Part shown: one piece after another, positions 24,410 through 35,075 of the stretch | Layout: each line of letters begins with the position of its first letter | How positions within the stretch are numbered: position 1 is the first letter of the stretch | Origin: Isurus oxyrinchus | Taxonomy: Eukaryota | NCBI GenBank assembly: GCA_026770705.1 | Contig: JANJGN010000026.1 | Location: forward strand, 34,782,001-34,846,000 | Direction of reading: 5' to 3' | DNA: 64,000 nt | Translations under genes and position numbers: made by a program | Notes under the pieces: model-generated | Told to the model about the DNA's origin: nothing | Seen by the model: only the letters and a program-made list of their open reading frames with translations | Databases searched by the model: none

Positions 24410-25870
24410 TAGCCCGCCTCGCTGCCCTTCGCCCACCCTCCGGCCTCTCTGCCCATTCCCCTCCGGCCTCTCTGCCTTTCCACCCCCCCCCCCCCCGCCA
24501 CTTTGCCCTTTGCCTCTTGCGTGTCTGCCCTTTCCACCCCCCCACCTCCCTGTCCTTCCTCCTCCTGCCTCTCTGTCCTCCACTGCCTCTGCCCTTCCCC
24601 CTGCCCTTTCCCCTTCTGCCCCTCTGCCTTCCCCCCTCCCGCCTCTCGGCCCTTCGCCCTCCCACCTCTCTGCCCTTTCCCCCTCCGTCTCTCTGCCCTT
24701 TCCCCCTACCTCCTGTCTGCCCTTCCCCCTCCTGCCTCCCTGCCCTTCCCCCTCCCGTTTCCCTGCCCTTCCCCCTTCTGCCTCCCTGCCCTTCCCCCTC
24801 CCGCCTCCCTGTCTTTTCCCCCTCTGCCTCCCTGTCCTTCCCCCTCTAGCTCCCTGCGCTTTCCTCTCTGCCTCTCTGCCCTTCGTACCTCTGCCCTTCC
24901 CCTGTCTCTCTGCCCTTTCCACCCGCCTCTCTCCTTTCCACCCCTGCCCTTCCCCCCTCTACCTCCCTTCCCTTTTCCCTTCTGGCCTCTCTGCCCTTTC
25001 CCTCCTCTACCTCCATTCCCTTTCCCCCTCCCGCCTCTATGCTTTTTGCCCCTCCCACCTCTCTGCCCTTTCCCCCTCCCACCTCTCTGCCCTTCCCACC
25101 TCTGCCCCTCTGCCCTTCCCCTTCCGACTCTCTGCCCTTACCCCTCCTGACTCTCTATCCTTTCCCTCTCTGCCTCTCTGCACTATCCACTCCTCGCTTC
25201 CCTACCCTTTCCCTCCTGCCTCTCTGCCCTTCCCCCTCCCGCCTCTCTGCCCTTTCCCCCTCCCATCTCTCTGCCCTTTCCCCCTCCCAGCTCCCTGCCC
25301 CTTCCTCCTCCCGCCTCTCTGCCCTTTCCCCCTCTGCCTCTCTAGCCTTTCTCCCTCTGCCCTCCTCCCCCCGCCTCTCTGCCCTCCCCCCTCTGCCCAT
25401 CCCCCGCCTCTCTGCCCTCCCCCCTCCCGCCTCTCTGCCCTTCCCCCCTCTACCTCTCTGCCCTTTCCCCCTCCCGCCTCTCTGCCCTTTCTCCCCCAGT
25501 TCTCTGCACCTACTCCACAGCTCTCTGTGCTTTTGCTCCGCTCTCTGACCTTTTCCACTGGCTTTACAATCTTTCCCCCGGCTCTCTGCCCTTCCCATCG
25601 CCTCTCTGCCCTTTCCTGCCTCGTTGCCTTTCCCCCTCCCACCTCCCTGCCCTTTCTCCCCCCACCTCTCTGCCCTTTCCCCCTCCCCTATCTGCCCTTT
25701 CCCCATCCCGCCTCTCTGCCCCTTACTCCACTTCTCACTGACCTTTCCCCAGCTCTCTGCCCTTCCTACCAGGCTGCTCTGCCATGTCCTCCCCCTCCCC
25801 CTCCCCTCTGCTGTGCTGCCCCCTCTATGCCCTATCTCCCAAGCCTCTTTGTCCTTTCCCCAAGCCAACT
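24410..25870. repeat. Polypyrimidine (plus) / G-rich (minus) degenerate tandem repeat, about 21-23-bp unit CTCTCTGCCCTTCCCCCTCCCGC
   Basis: Visible; explains the many Pro/Gly-rich spurious ORFs. Confidence 0.95.
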
Positions 25871-26039
25871 GCACTTACTCTAAGGGTCCCTGTGCTTTCG
25901 CCTGTCTCTCTGGCCTTTCCACTGATGCTCATCACTCCCTTCGGCCATGCTCCACTTTCTGACACTGTGAGACCTCAGGCCTCACTTCTAAGTCTCTCTT
26001 CCCCGTAGTTCCCGCTCTCCCACACACTGATTTAGGAAA

Positions 26040-26960
26040 GTGATCAAGTGAGTGAGCATGTGCATGATTGACAGAGTGAGGGTGGCTGAGTGACAGAGTG
26101 GGGGTGGGTGGCTGAGTGCGTGAGGGTGCGTGGTTGAGTGAAGGAGTGAGTGAGGGTGGGTAGTGAGTGAGCGTGGGTGGGTGTCTAATTGTGGGAGAGT
26201 AAGAATGGATGACTGAGTGAGGGCAGGTGTTTGAATGAGGGTAGATGAGTGGGTGATTGAGGGTTAGTGGGTATGTGAGGGTGCGTATGTGAGTGACGGT
26301 GAGTGGGTATATCAGGGTGGGTGGATGAGTGTGAATGAGGCTGGGTGGGTGAGGGTGAGTAAGGGTGTGTGAGTGAGGGTGAGTAATTGATGGTGAGTGA
26401 CTGAGGGTGAGTGAATGAGGGTGTGGTAGGGGGTGAGTGTGTGAGGGTGAGTGAGGGTGTGTGAGTGAGGGTGGATGTGGCTGGGTGGGTAAGGGTGAGT
26501 AAGAGTGAGTGAGTGGTAGTGAGGAGTGAGGTTGAGTGAGGGTGAGTGAGGATGGTGAGGGTGCATGAGTGATGGGTGAGAGAGTGATGGGTGAGAGAGT
26601 GAGGGGTGTGAGTGAGGAGTGAGTGAGTGAAGGTGAGTGAGTAATTGATGGTGAGTCAAGGAGGGTGTGTGAAGGTGGGTGAGGGTGGATGATTGAGGGT
26701 GCCTGAGTGAGGGTGAGTGAAGGTGAGTGTGTGAGGGTGGGTGAGTGAAGGTGGGTGAGTGAGAGTGGGTGAGCGAGAGAGTGCGAGTGAGTAAGGGTGA
26801 GGGAGTGAGGGTGAGGGAGTGAGGCTGAGTGAGTGACGGTGGGTGAGTGAGGGTGGCTGAGGGCCAGTGAGTGAGGGTGAAGAAATGATGGTGAGGGAGT
26901 GAGTGTGAGGGAGTGAGGGTGAGTGAGTGAGTGAGATTGAGTGAGGGTGAGTGATTGTGG
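26040..26960. repeat. GTGA/GAGG/GGGT low-complexity repeat
   Basis: Visible; G-rich on plus. Confidence 0.95.
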
Positions 26961-26965
26961 GTAGT

Positions 26966-27151
26966 GAGGGTGCCCAGGTGCTGTAGGCTCATCAAGGTGA
27001 TGTTTTTCCAGATGATTTTCTGCTCCGGCTCAGCTTTCCGTTGCCTGTTGTCCACAGCTGAGCTGGGGGCTCCTCCATTCGGCTCCACCACTTCCACCTC
27101 CTCCTCTTCATCTCCATCGATCCTGTCCCGATTCTCCAGATTGATCAGCTT
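26966..27151 (-). pseudogene. Stearoyl-CoA desaturase (SCD/SCD5-like) N-terminal exon fragment inside the J-C intron
   Basis: Translates as KLINLENRDRIDGDEEEEVEVVEPNGG...EQKIIWKNITLMSLQHLGTL. This resembles the pre-TM1 motif of delta-9 desaturases (VWRNIILMSLLHLGAL, recalled). Upstream in-frame stop at 27154-27152; breaks into simple repeat downstream. Confidence 0.7.
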
Positions 27152-27544
27152 TCAGTAACACCGGCTGTGTAAAGTCAGGCAGCAGTGTAGATCGCTGGCC
27201 ACCTGCTTTAATGCCGATGCATTTCTTTGAGAAACCCATGTCAGTACACGAACAGGCAGACTGAGGGGTCTGGAGGGGAAGGTTACAGCAAAACCAGGAT
27301 GTGCCATGCAGGTATCTTGCACCAACTGTGCACTGGTATTGGGGATCCAGCTGGCTGTGGTCTCTGTCACATCCCTCCCCTTTCCTTGCTTCTTTGTGTT
27401 TGGTTCAACACTTGGAAATTCTCCACATATATAGTGATGTCACCTGTGTAATTTCATTTTACACAAAAAGGCATCAGAAATGGAACAATGAACATGCATG
27501 CAGCTTAACGGATTTTCATTCTGCAGTTAGCATTTTCAGCCCAC

Positions 27545-28540
27545 TTCTGTGTGTGAGAATGTGTGTGTGTCTGCGTGATAAAGAGAGAGAGAGTGCATGC
27601 AAGTGTTTGTGTGTTTTTAAGAGAGAGAGAGAGACACAGACAGAGAGAGACGGAGTGTGTGAGAGAGAGAGAGTGTGTGTGTGTGTGAGATGGGGAGTAT
27701 AAGCGTGAGAGTGTGTGAAATGGAGAATGTGTGTGTGGGAGAGAAAGAGTGCGTGTGTGTGTGAGAGAGAGAGAGAGTGTGTGTGTGTGTGAGAGGGGGA
27801 AAGTGTGTTTTTCTGTGCATGTCATAGGGAGTATAAGTGTGAGAGTGTCTGAGATAGAGAAATGTATGTATAAGAGAGAGCTGCTGTGTGTGTGTGAGAG
27901 TTAGAGAGAGAAAGAGAGAGAGAAAGAGAATGTGTAGGGGTGTGAGTGATTGGTCGTATAAATGTGTGAGAGAAAGTGTGAGAGAGCGAACGTGTGTGTG
28001 GGAGAGAAAGAGTGTGTGAAAGAGAGAGCCAATGTTTGTATCAGAGGGAAAGAATGAGAGAGAGCGCAGGTGTGAGAGAAAGTGTGTGTGAGAGGGAATG
28101 TGTTTGTGTTTCTGTGTGAGAGAGAGAGAGAATGGAGAGTGTGTACATGTGTGAGAGTGTGTATGTGTGTGGGAGAGAGGATGCATGTATGTGAGAGAGA
28201 GAGAGTGGGTGTGCGTAAAAGTGAGGGAGTGTGCATGTGTTTGTGAATGAGAGAGAGAGTGCATGTGTGAGAAAGAAAGAGTGCATGTGTGTGTGAGAGA
28301 GATAGTGTGCATGTGTGTTAAGTGTGTATATTTGAGACAGCATGTGTATGAGAGAATGTGAGTGTCTGTGTGAGAGTGTGTGTGAAAGAGAGAGGCAATG
28401 TGTGAGAGACAGAATGTGTACATGTTAAAGAGAATTTGTGTGTGAGAGGGAAAATGTGAGAGTGTGTGTGTGTGACAAAGAGAGCGGGTGTGACAGAGAG
28501 AGTGAGCGAGTGAGGGTCTGTGGTAAAGACACTGAGTGTG
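27545..28540. repeat. Mixed (GA)n/(GT)n low-complexity tract
   Basis: Visible. Confidence 0.95.
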
Positions 28541-29289
28541 TCGAGGTAGAGTAGCCATGATCTTACTGAATGGAGGGCAGGATCGAAGGGCCGAATGTCC
28601 TCTTGGTCCCTTATTTCTGTCATTCATTCCTCCCCCTGCAGGCGGCAATCCGATGACTCAGTTTTTGATGGCTGCTCCTTTTCCCCAAATCCCCCGCGGC
28701 TGGCTATTTGGAGCGGGAGGATGGTCATTGTCCATTTCAATCGTTTAAATAACTCGCAGCCCCTGATCAGATCAGAACAGGCGCTGCCCTCTGGAAACTC
28801 ACTGTCCCTCCCTGATTCTGTTTGTTCTGAAATTGTGCTCAAGTTCAGCTCACTCACATTCAATGATTTTCTGATACTCAAAATGCTGAAACATAATTAA
28901 TTCATTAAAATTTATACATATTCGCTCCAGAAATATGGTTAAAAACAATTAATGTGTGTCATTTCAAGCGAGCAATGGAACAATTTATTTTCACAGATCT
29001 GGCTAGAGGACTCACAGCCAATTACTGATTCAGTTTGTTTGACATCTGCGGGGAAAAGACTGTCTGGTCAGTAACAGGACAAGTTAAGATATGGATTAAA
29101 TCCCCCACTCCTCCCCCGGTACACTCCTGTCATCAGCTGCAAGGGTGGGATTCAACAGAAAGCCAACTCTCCACTGAACTGCCAAACACTCCGGGGCAGG
29201 TACAGTACTGGTTTGATATAAAATAAAACTCCCTCTACATTGTCCTATGAAATATGCCCAGAAGAGGGTTCAATCCAGTTTCGATATAA

Positions 29290-29885
29290 ACGCTGTGGCT
29301 GCAAGAGGTGGTCAGAGGCTGGGAATTCACTGGCGAGTAATTCACCCAAAGACAACCCACCATCTACATGTCACAAGTCTGGACTGGGATTGAATAGTTT
29401 TCACTTGCCTCAATGAGTGAAACTTCAACAAACCCCAAGAAACCCGATACTATCCAGGACAAAGCAGCCCACAGAATTGGTACCCCATCCACTTAAACAT
29501 TCTCACCCTCCCCCACAGACGCACAGTGAGAGCAGTATGTACTATATACAGGATGCACTGCAGCAACTCGCCAAGGCTCCTTCAGCAGCACCGTCAAAAC
29601 CTGCAACCTCTCCTAACTAGAAGGACAAGGGCAGCAAGTGCTTGGGAACACTGCCACCTGTACGCGCCCCTCCAAGGCACCCACCATCCTGACTTGGAGT
29701 GATATCACCGTGTCTTAACTCTCAATATGTCAAAATCCTGGAACTCCCTTCCTAACAGCACTGTGAGTGAACCTGCAGCTATTCAAGGAGGTGGCATTTC
29801 AACACTTCCTCAAGGGGTAATTAGGGATGGACAACAAATGCTGGCCTTGCCAGCGACCCCAACATCCTATGACAGGATTAAAAAT
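29290..29885 (+). mobile_element. HER1-type (CR1-related) LINE 3' part
   Basis: Shares the SINE-type tail CAAGGGGTAATTAGGGATGGACAACAAATGCTGGCCTTGCCAGCGAC; SKSWNSLPNSTV remnant. Confidence 0.75.
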
Positions 29886-32800
29886 AAGATACAGGCTAAT
29901 TTCTTATTCCACATTGTCCAACCAAATAGGTCAAGGACTGCTACAGCACGGATTAAAAGAGGATAAAACTCTCTCTGCATTGCCTAACCGAACACTCCCA
30001 AGACAGATATATCACTGGTTTACAATCAACCAAATCTCCTTCAACAGTTTGTCTGTCGTTTCTGAATTGTCCTTTCTGACTGTCACAATGGGTTGGGCAT
30101 CTCATTTCTGAGGTGCCAGGTCAAAAAGTCAAACTTTCACATTTCTCACAGATACAAGTTTTTTGAAGAAATAAATCAAATTACACTTCCTGAAATACAG
30201 AAGAGTGAACCAGACGGTTTTCAACCAGTCAGGAAGATTCTTGGTCCCAGCACAATGAGCACGCGCACTGAAACAGAACAGACACAAATGGTGCAACAAG
30301 CAAGTTCCCAGCAGAGAGATCTGTTCAATCTGTCCATTTCACTCAAGCTGTTTGATTCCAATTGATCAACGGTCAATTTACTACAATTATTCTATAACTT
30401 CTTTGAAATTAATCTGATTTTCATTTCAAACTTCCCTTCTAAGTCCATCTAATTCTCTCTGATCTGTCTCGAATCTCCAAATAATATAGGATTTAAGTTA
30501 CCCTGAAAATGAGCACAGCAAAAATTACAGGTTCAAGATAATTTGGTGTCCAGAACAGAGACTCAATGACAGGGTAAGAATTAAACAAATCAGGAAACAT
30601 TCATATTGAAAACCGATTACCCGCTGATTTGATTTGATTTTAGGTATGAATAGAACCAATAAAAACATCAAGGCGGAATTCCTTATCGACCTGAGCACAG
30701 CTGAGTAAGAAAAGTATGCTTTTCTAAATTAATTTCGGATTCAATTAAAAATTCTCTCCACTGAGATTTTGCATTCATTATAATGACCATTATACTATTT
30801 AGTTGTTGGAGCACATTTATGTTGAATTAATTATCACTAATATTATATTGTAAGCTAATGATCTTGTTATTGCCAACTCATTTTCTTTTCAGCTGATTTC
30901 TACTCTATAATATTAAAAATGGTTTTCAAAAATTGAAGATTTGTTTCTGTCTGGTACTTAGTGAAATAATTGGGGTTTATTTAAATCAACCTGACACTGA
31001 AACAATGTTAAACAATAAACTGCAAATTGCTAGATGGTAACATTCAGGCAAGTGTATCAATTTTACTTAAATCTGAGCACAATATACGATTTTGCTTTTA
31101 CTTCTACTGCTCTGTTTTAACCAACAATATTGTAAGCTATGCAATGCGTGTTTCCGAACGCATTGAGAAATCATAAATTCCATCTATTCTCATCGAGTAA
31201 TTCACAGGGCGAATTTATCAGTGGAATATTGGAAATACTTTCAAATCTGGCCGGGTTCACATCGCATTAAGTGTCGATGAGCTGTAACACCATCTGTTTG
31301 CTAAAGGAAACTTTTCTTAACTCCAAACTATATGTAAGAAAATGTTCCTGGCAGTTAGTTATTATCAATAAAATTTTTCCTCGATAACAATCCCTATTCT
31401 TTAATTGTTACATTTTTGTTCATTGAAAGAAGATCCAAATTGATCAATATAAAACTTGATGAGAACAGTTCATTCATATCATCTGCGACACTGAAATATA
31501 ATCAGCAAATTGAATTGAGATTTTGTTCTTCAATTTAATATTTAATAAGAATTAAGCATGAATCTCAGATATAATCTGTTCTTCTCCTATAATCCTATCC
31601 TGTGCACAGCACAGCTCTGGTAGACAGGATGTTGTTTTTAAAATCAAAACTAACATTAATGTTTGCAATTAAATTAATTTGTTCTAATTTCAAGCCTTTC
31701 TTTGTCAATCTCTATTCATATGCAGTCTGCACCTTCCTACAGTTCAAAAAAAAGTAAGAACAATTCATTTACTGCCAGCGAATTCCACCCCTCACCCCCA
31801 CCAACCCCAGAAAACTGTTTAAGATTAGATTAGTGACAATTGTCTCGCTATCCAAATCCCAATGACATTGAAGGAATAATATGGTTACGGCTGCACAGAA
31901 AGAATGTAATAACCGGATAGACGCATTGCCAAACTGAAATGTCAAACTCCTCTTTAAGTCAATGCAACCGTTATCAGCGATATAAAAAATAATTCAAAAT
32001 GCCATGTGAAATTGACCAAATTTGTAGAATCAGTATATTCTTATTGAAATTGTTTCATTAACAATCACAAAATCTTTCCAGCCTAAAAACTTTCCCGAGC
32101 ATGTTAATTGTGCGCAGTGCAAAACAAAATTATGAAAGGCCGATTAATGATCAATTATGTTAATATGAAAGCTGTTCAGTTAATATAGAGAAATATTACC
32201 ACATTATAATTGTTTGAATTGTATTAGTTTTACTCCACAACTTGAAAATTTGGTAATTATATAGTTTCTGATTGCAGTAACGAATTATATTCTGAATGAG
32301 CGCCATAATCCATGGTTTAGTTTAATCTGCAATTATCACTTAAAATAAAGACAACATGTTCTAACACATCTTTAAGCGCTTTTTTTCCCATTTCTGAAAC
32401 CTGTCTGTTTTCTGCCTACAATCGCGCTTCACGCAGATACAAACGCGGAGGCTGCTTCGATTCAATCGCAAAACGTGCAACCGCTCAATATCACCGAATT
32501 TAAACAAAGCAGAAACAATGCAGAACCGCCAAACCGTTTCATAAATTCTACTTGTTCAAAGTCACCCAGACACACAATCTCCTCAGCAGAAAAACACCAA
32601 ATCACAGAACTGAGGGGCTGAAACCCGTTTCATGGAGAAGCAGCTCAATTCTACAAACACTGCCAACAGAATCCAATGTAATATTGCAAGAAAATCTCAA
32701 TATCGAATCCAGACAACCGCTCGTCACCAAATGAATGAATAATTAAACTAAACAGAGATATGGAATAATGTCAACAGCATTGTGAGTAGGCGAAACATGT

Positions 32801-33170
32801 TCAATAAATTAATATTGAAACTTAAACATATTTTGTTAACAGCCATTAGATGTCACCGAGATTAAACATTGCAGAAACGTCAAACTGTTTTTACAAACGT
32901 TAGATATTTCAAGAAGCCCGGCCACACAGTATCCTCAGTAGATAAACACAAAATCACAACCACCAGGGTCTCAATCCCTCAGCAACACTTCTTATCAAGA
33001 CACAGCGGAATTATATAACTCAATTTCAGCAGAATCACATGAAACATTGTAAAAATTCTGCATACAGAATCCACCAAACCCAGGTTTCATTGGCTGAATG
33101 AATTATTAAAATAGACAAAAAAAGCAAAGACTCAAATAAAACAGTTACTAAATAAATGTGTGGCTCTTAC

Positions 33171-33218
33171 CTGCAGTCACCGTCACCATGGTGCCTTGTC
33201 CCCAGTAGTCCATAGCGT
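33171..33218 (-). CDS. IGHJ: JH segment AMDYWGQGTMVTVTA
   Basis: WGxG motif; phase-1 donor GTAAG at 33170-33166. Confidence 0.96.
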
Positions 33219-33257
33219 CACAGTGTTACATTCCCTGGGCTGTGCCATACAATAACT
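33219..33257 (+). other. JH recombination signal sequence, 23-bp spacer
   Basis: CACAGTG 33219-33225, 23 nt, ACAATAACT 33249-33257 (7/9 match to the nonamer consensus). Confidence 0.9.
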
Positions 33258-33585
33258 GTCCCTGCACGAAAAAGACAGAATCCACCATTATTTTAAATAT
33301 TCATAAGTCAGAGGCAAAGGGAGGTCACGATGAATCTTCACGAAATGATATTTGCGTTTGTGGATATCTTTAGCTATTCATCAATGATCCTCATCTTTTA
33401 TAATTCACAGAATAACACATGAACATGTTATTGAAATCACCAATTGATGTATGGATAATTATCACAGCTTTTCCATCTTAAACCATGCTTTTTGGGCAGT
33501 GCTGGGTAGAAATAATACTTCATTGTAAATATAGCAGGATTGTAAAAGCGAGAACTGAACCCGGCAGACTCAATTAGTACTGAGG

Positions 33586-33654
33586 GGTTTTTGTATTGAC
33601 AGTAACTGCTGTGCCACCCAGTATATCACAGTGAGACACACCATGTCAAATACT
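33586..33654 (-). other. IGHD: DH2 segment ATATACTGGGTGG (33626-33614) with 12-RSS on both sides
   Basis: Plus strand: GGTTTTTGT 33586-33594, 12 nt, TGCTGTG 33607-33613, 13-nt D, CACAGTG 33627-33633, 12 nt, TCAAATACT 33646-33654. Confidence 0.94.
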
Positions 33655-33965
33655 GCGGCACACTGTTAACTGTAAATACAGAGATTTAATCTCACTGCGC
33701 TCTCAAAAACCTGATCCTGACTCGCCTAAGAGTAAACCACCGAGATATTTCAGCTTGTGCTGGTCATTATATTTATAAACGCGATTGCAGTTCTTTAAAA
33801 GCCTCTGTGAAGATTTAGCGTGTCCGTAAACACAAACAAAGCGGAAGACTTTTATATATTTTTACAAGTCAAATATTACTTATACCCATTATTTTATTTA
33901 GCTTCCATTTTCTTTGACTTTTCCTGTTGTGATCGTGATCACCAATTTGAACAAACTCTTTCTGA

Positions 33966-34044
33966 GGTTTTTGTACGAGGATATCGCTGTGCACAGCACT
34001 GTGATCCCCGTAGTATCACAGTGAAATACACCCGCACAAAAACT
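33966..34044 (-). other. IGHD: DH1 segment ATACTACGGGGAT (34016-34004) with 5' 12-RSS and 3' 22-RSS
   Basis: Plus strand: GGTTTTTGT 33966-33974, 22 nt, CACTGTG 33997-34003, 13-nt D, CACAGTG 34017-34023, 12 nt, ACAAAAACT 34036-34044. Confidence 0.95.
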
Positions 34045-34401
34045 GCACCCACACTCTGATCAGTGCTGCCTCTCAATATTCACTTCAAATAGACGTTTAC
34101 TTCTGATCTAGTTTGGTATTAATGCAGCAATTTACAAAGCTCAATGAACAGTGATTCCCTCCAATTATCAGACATATTAAAATGAACATTATATCCAGGA
34201 AACTGTTAACAGTAAATATAAACACAGCCAAAAGCTCAGCCCATTATATCAATTGGTTTGCTAGGTTTTACTGTTAAATTTGCTGTTTTACTTTTGTCAG
34301 AAGCGACTTGTTGTCGGGTTCTGATCATTACAGTTAATATTACATTTAAAACAAGTACTGACCGTCAGGTTATGATGGACGTTGTTGAGTTTCTCTCGAT
34401 C

Positions 34402-34440
34402 TGTTCTTGTTCAGGTCCAGCTCTGGTTCCTCTCGCTGTG
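34402..34440 (-). other. VH 3' recombination signal sequence, 23-bp spacer
   Basis: Minus strand: CACAGCG (34440-34434), 23 nt, ACAAGAACA (34410-34402). Confidence 0.92.
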
Positions 34441-34745
34441 GTCTTTTGCACAGTAATAGATGGCGGTGTCTTCAGTCTTCAGGCTCGTCATGTCCAAGGA
34501 GAAGATGTTTCTTGAAGTGTCTTTGGACGCAGTAAATCGATCCTTAATTCCTGGGGCGTAGTAGTTGCTGGATGAACTATAGTAGCGAACCAGCCACTCC
34601 AGCCCCTGTCCGGGAACCTGTCGGACCCAGTACATGCTGTAGCTGCCAAGATCGAAGCCGCTGGTTTTACAGGTCAGTGTCAGGGTGCCTCCGGGACGTC
34701 CGGTCTTTGCCTCTGGCTGAGTCAACACAACCTCCGACTGGACAC
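34441..34745 (-). CDS. IGHV: VH exon: (R)[101 protein letters not shown]
   Basis: Acceptor CAG at 34748-34746. Both canonical Cys, WVRQ and EDTAIYYC are present with no stops. Ends directly at the heptamer. Confidence 0.97.
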
Positions 34746-34873
34746 CTGTAAAAATATATCAAAAACCCCGAGGATTAATCCTGGTGAAATGATTCCTGAC
34801 TCTGTAACATTCCAGCGAGAGATCAACACTGAGACAGTAACAGTGAGAGACTTGGACAATAAAAACTACTCAC

Positions 34874-34919
34874 GGGATAAGAAAGTCAGCAACAAACTGA
34901 GAGAAATCGCCGACCTCAT
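34874..34919 (-). CDS. IGHV: IgH leader exon (MRSAISLSLLLTFLS+1 nt)
   Basis: ATG at 34919-34917, hydrophobic signal peptide, phase-1 donor GTGAGT at 34873-34868, 128-bp intron to V. Confidence 0.95.
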
Positions 34920-35004
34920 CCTTCTGGTCACTTGGGGAAAACTTCTGTCCAGAACTCAGTGAGCAAACCAACTCCCGGACTGTTGGATTCCGGTCCCAGT
35001 GAGC

Positions 35005-35075
35005 GGTATTTAAATACCCGGCAGAAGGGGGCGGGTTTCCAGGCGCCGCCTATTGATTCCCTGGTGGAGGCGGCG
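35005..35075 (-). promoter_or_regulatory. Candidate VH promoter: palindromic TATA-like GGTATTTAAATACC, GC box, 8-bp inverted repeat
   Basis: TATTTAAATA 35007-35016, about 90 bp above the ATG. GGGGGCGGG 35027-35035. CGCCGCCT/AGGCGGCG at 35044-35051/35068-35075. Confidence 0.6.

Larger units (their letters stand above)
15661..34919 (-). other. IGHM: Complete germline immunoglobulin mu heavy-chain cluster (L-VH-D1-D2-JH-CH1-CH2-CH3-CH4/SEC-TM1-TM2), cartilaginous-fish type
   Basis: All segments read directly from the minus strand with canonical RSS and GT-AG splice sites in compatible phases. One V, two D, one J and one C set is the established elasmobranch cluster organisation. Confidence 0.97.

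Noticed and set aside
24265-28648. Long Pro/Gly/His-Thr-rich ORFs (up to 457 aa)
   Set aside because: They are translations of low-complexity repeats, open in several frames on both strands. Only the SCD-like island has protein-like content.
29522-29549. Isolated CACAGTG heptamers (here, about 3212, 25963 and 36245)
   Set aside because: No convincing nonamer; this one lies inside a LINE fragment.
33985-33991. Second heptamer-like CACAGCG (minus) inside the D1 22-bp spacer
   Set aside because: It is only 10 bp from the nonamer, outside the 12+/-1 tolerance.
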